From a virus (taxonomy: Duplodnaviria; Caudoviricetes): DNA of 64,000 bases. This document shows, piece by piece, positions 63,365 through 64,000 of the stretch; position 1 is the first letter of the stretch; each line of letters opens with the position of its first letter. The notes beneath the pieces are model-generated. The model saw only the letters and a list, made by a program, of their open reading frames with translations. It was not told the origin of the DNA and ran no database searches. The translations under genes were made by a program, and so were the position numbers. The DNA lies in IMG/VR virus record IMGVR_UViG_3300043493_000130, positions 4,348 through 68,347 of that record. One strand, written 5' to 3'.

Positions 63365-63594
63365 GGCGCTTTGAAACCCCTGAGCTATGTGAACCACGCA
63401 TAGCTCGGAACTTTGGGGGCGCTTTGAGCCGTTTCCGGGGCGCTTTTTTTTGCAATGCGCCCCCGCCTAAGTATCTCAAGAGTCTTGCCTAAAGGCGCTT
63501 AGAGCGCTTTAGGCGCTTTATTACCTACTATACGATACACACACGCCTGTATAGAGTACATACCCGAATCGCGCCTCAAAGCGCCCAAAGCGCC
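63365..63594. other. Probable replication origin: converging GGCGCTTT iterons around an AT-richer core
   Basis: Six direct copies (63365, 63418, 63439, 63494, 63503, 63512) and two inverted AAAGCGCC (63578, 63587), downstream of the D5 helicase. Confidence 0.65.
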
Positions 63595-64000
63595 CTGATC
63601 TAGCTAGCGGCCGGGCCCGAGGCCCCCTTTGCTATGCGCTCGCCGCGCGGCGAGCGCCCTTTTTGGGTAAAAGCGTCTCGCTCAGACGCTCCGCTCCCTC
63701 GGAAAGCCTTGCGGAGCAAGGCTTTCCTCCTCCGCTGCCCGCCGTTCCCCCAACTCTTTCCCTATACTCGACCGCGTTCAACCTTCCTTGCCCCGCGCTT
63801 AAGTCTTTCTAAAGCCTCGGAAAAACAGGCCTTGGGCGCGAAGCTCTCGCAAAAGGGCGCGGGGAGGGCTCCTGTAGCCGATCGGGTTTTTTGGGTTTTG
63901 AGGGGCCTTGGAGGGGGGGCATGCGGGTTTTGCATGCACGACAGAATCGGCGGTGGAAAAAAAACTTTTTTGGGGGCAGGGGGCGGCATACGGCGCCCCC

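Noticed and set aside
1-64000. tRNA or rRNA genes
   Set aside because: No cloverleaf with GTTCRA T-loop and no rRNA signature noticed by eye; tRNAscan-SE was not run.

Overview
GC-rich temperate tailed phage or prophage, most likely of an alphaproteobacterial (Hyphomicrobiales-like) host (inference from gene families and a VPGP-CTERM sorting signal). The window is not the whole element: a >900-codon fibre-like gene runs off the left edge. Layout: (1) 1-4.5 kb, minus-strand fibre/Ig-repeat virion genes; (2) 7-44.4 kb, plus-strand late operon with TerS/TerL, HK97-type portal, protease and capsid, a MuF protein, a multidomain endolysin, a ParB plus two-methyltransferase cassette, a Mu-like contractile tail and baseplate, and fibres; (3) 44.7-49.6 kb, integration and accessory region; (4) 49.6-56.1 kb, leftward early operon (Prim-Pol, AlpA, Bet, YqaJ); (5) 56.7-63.3 kb, rightward operon (VRR-NUC, MT-A70, Dam, D5 primase-helicase) followed by an iteron-type origin. 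The main find is four dispersed non-coding units antisense to the late operon (8838-8890, 16497-16567, 30006-30076, 41280-41350). Each has a 5' leader hairpin (C-UGCG-G tetraloop in three copies) and a 9-bp stem enclosing CCA-N9-UG-N4-CCA-N9-UG (a single CCA-N9-UG in the first). This matches the TIGR tigRNA / box C/D-like dual-guide architecture, but the units are stand-alone genes with different spacers and candidate promoters of their own, and no Tas/Nop protein is recognisable in the window. All product calls come from reading motifs by eye; no database searches were run.
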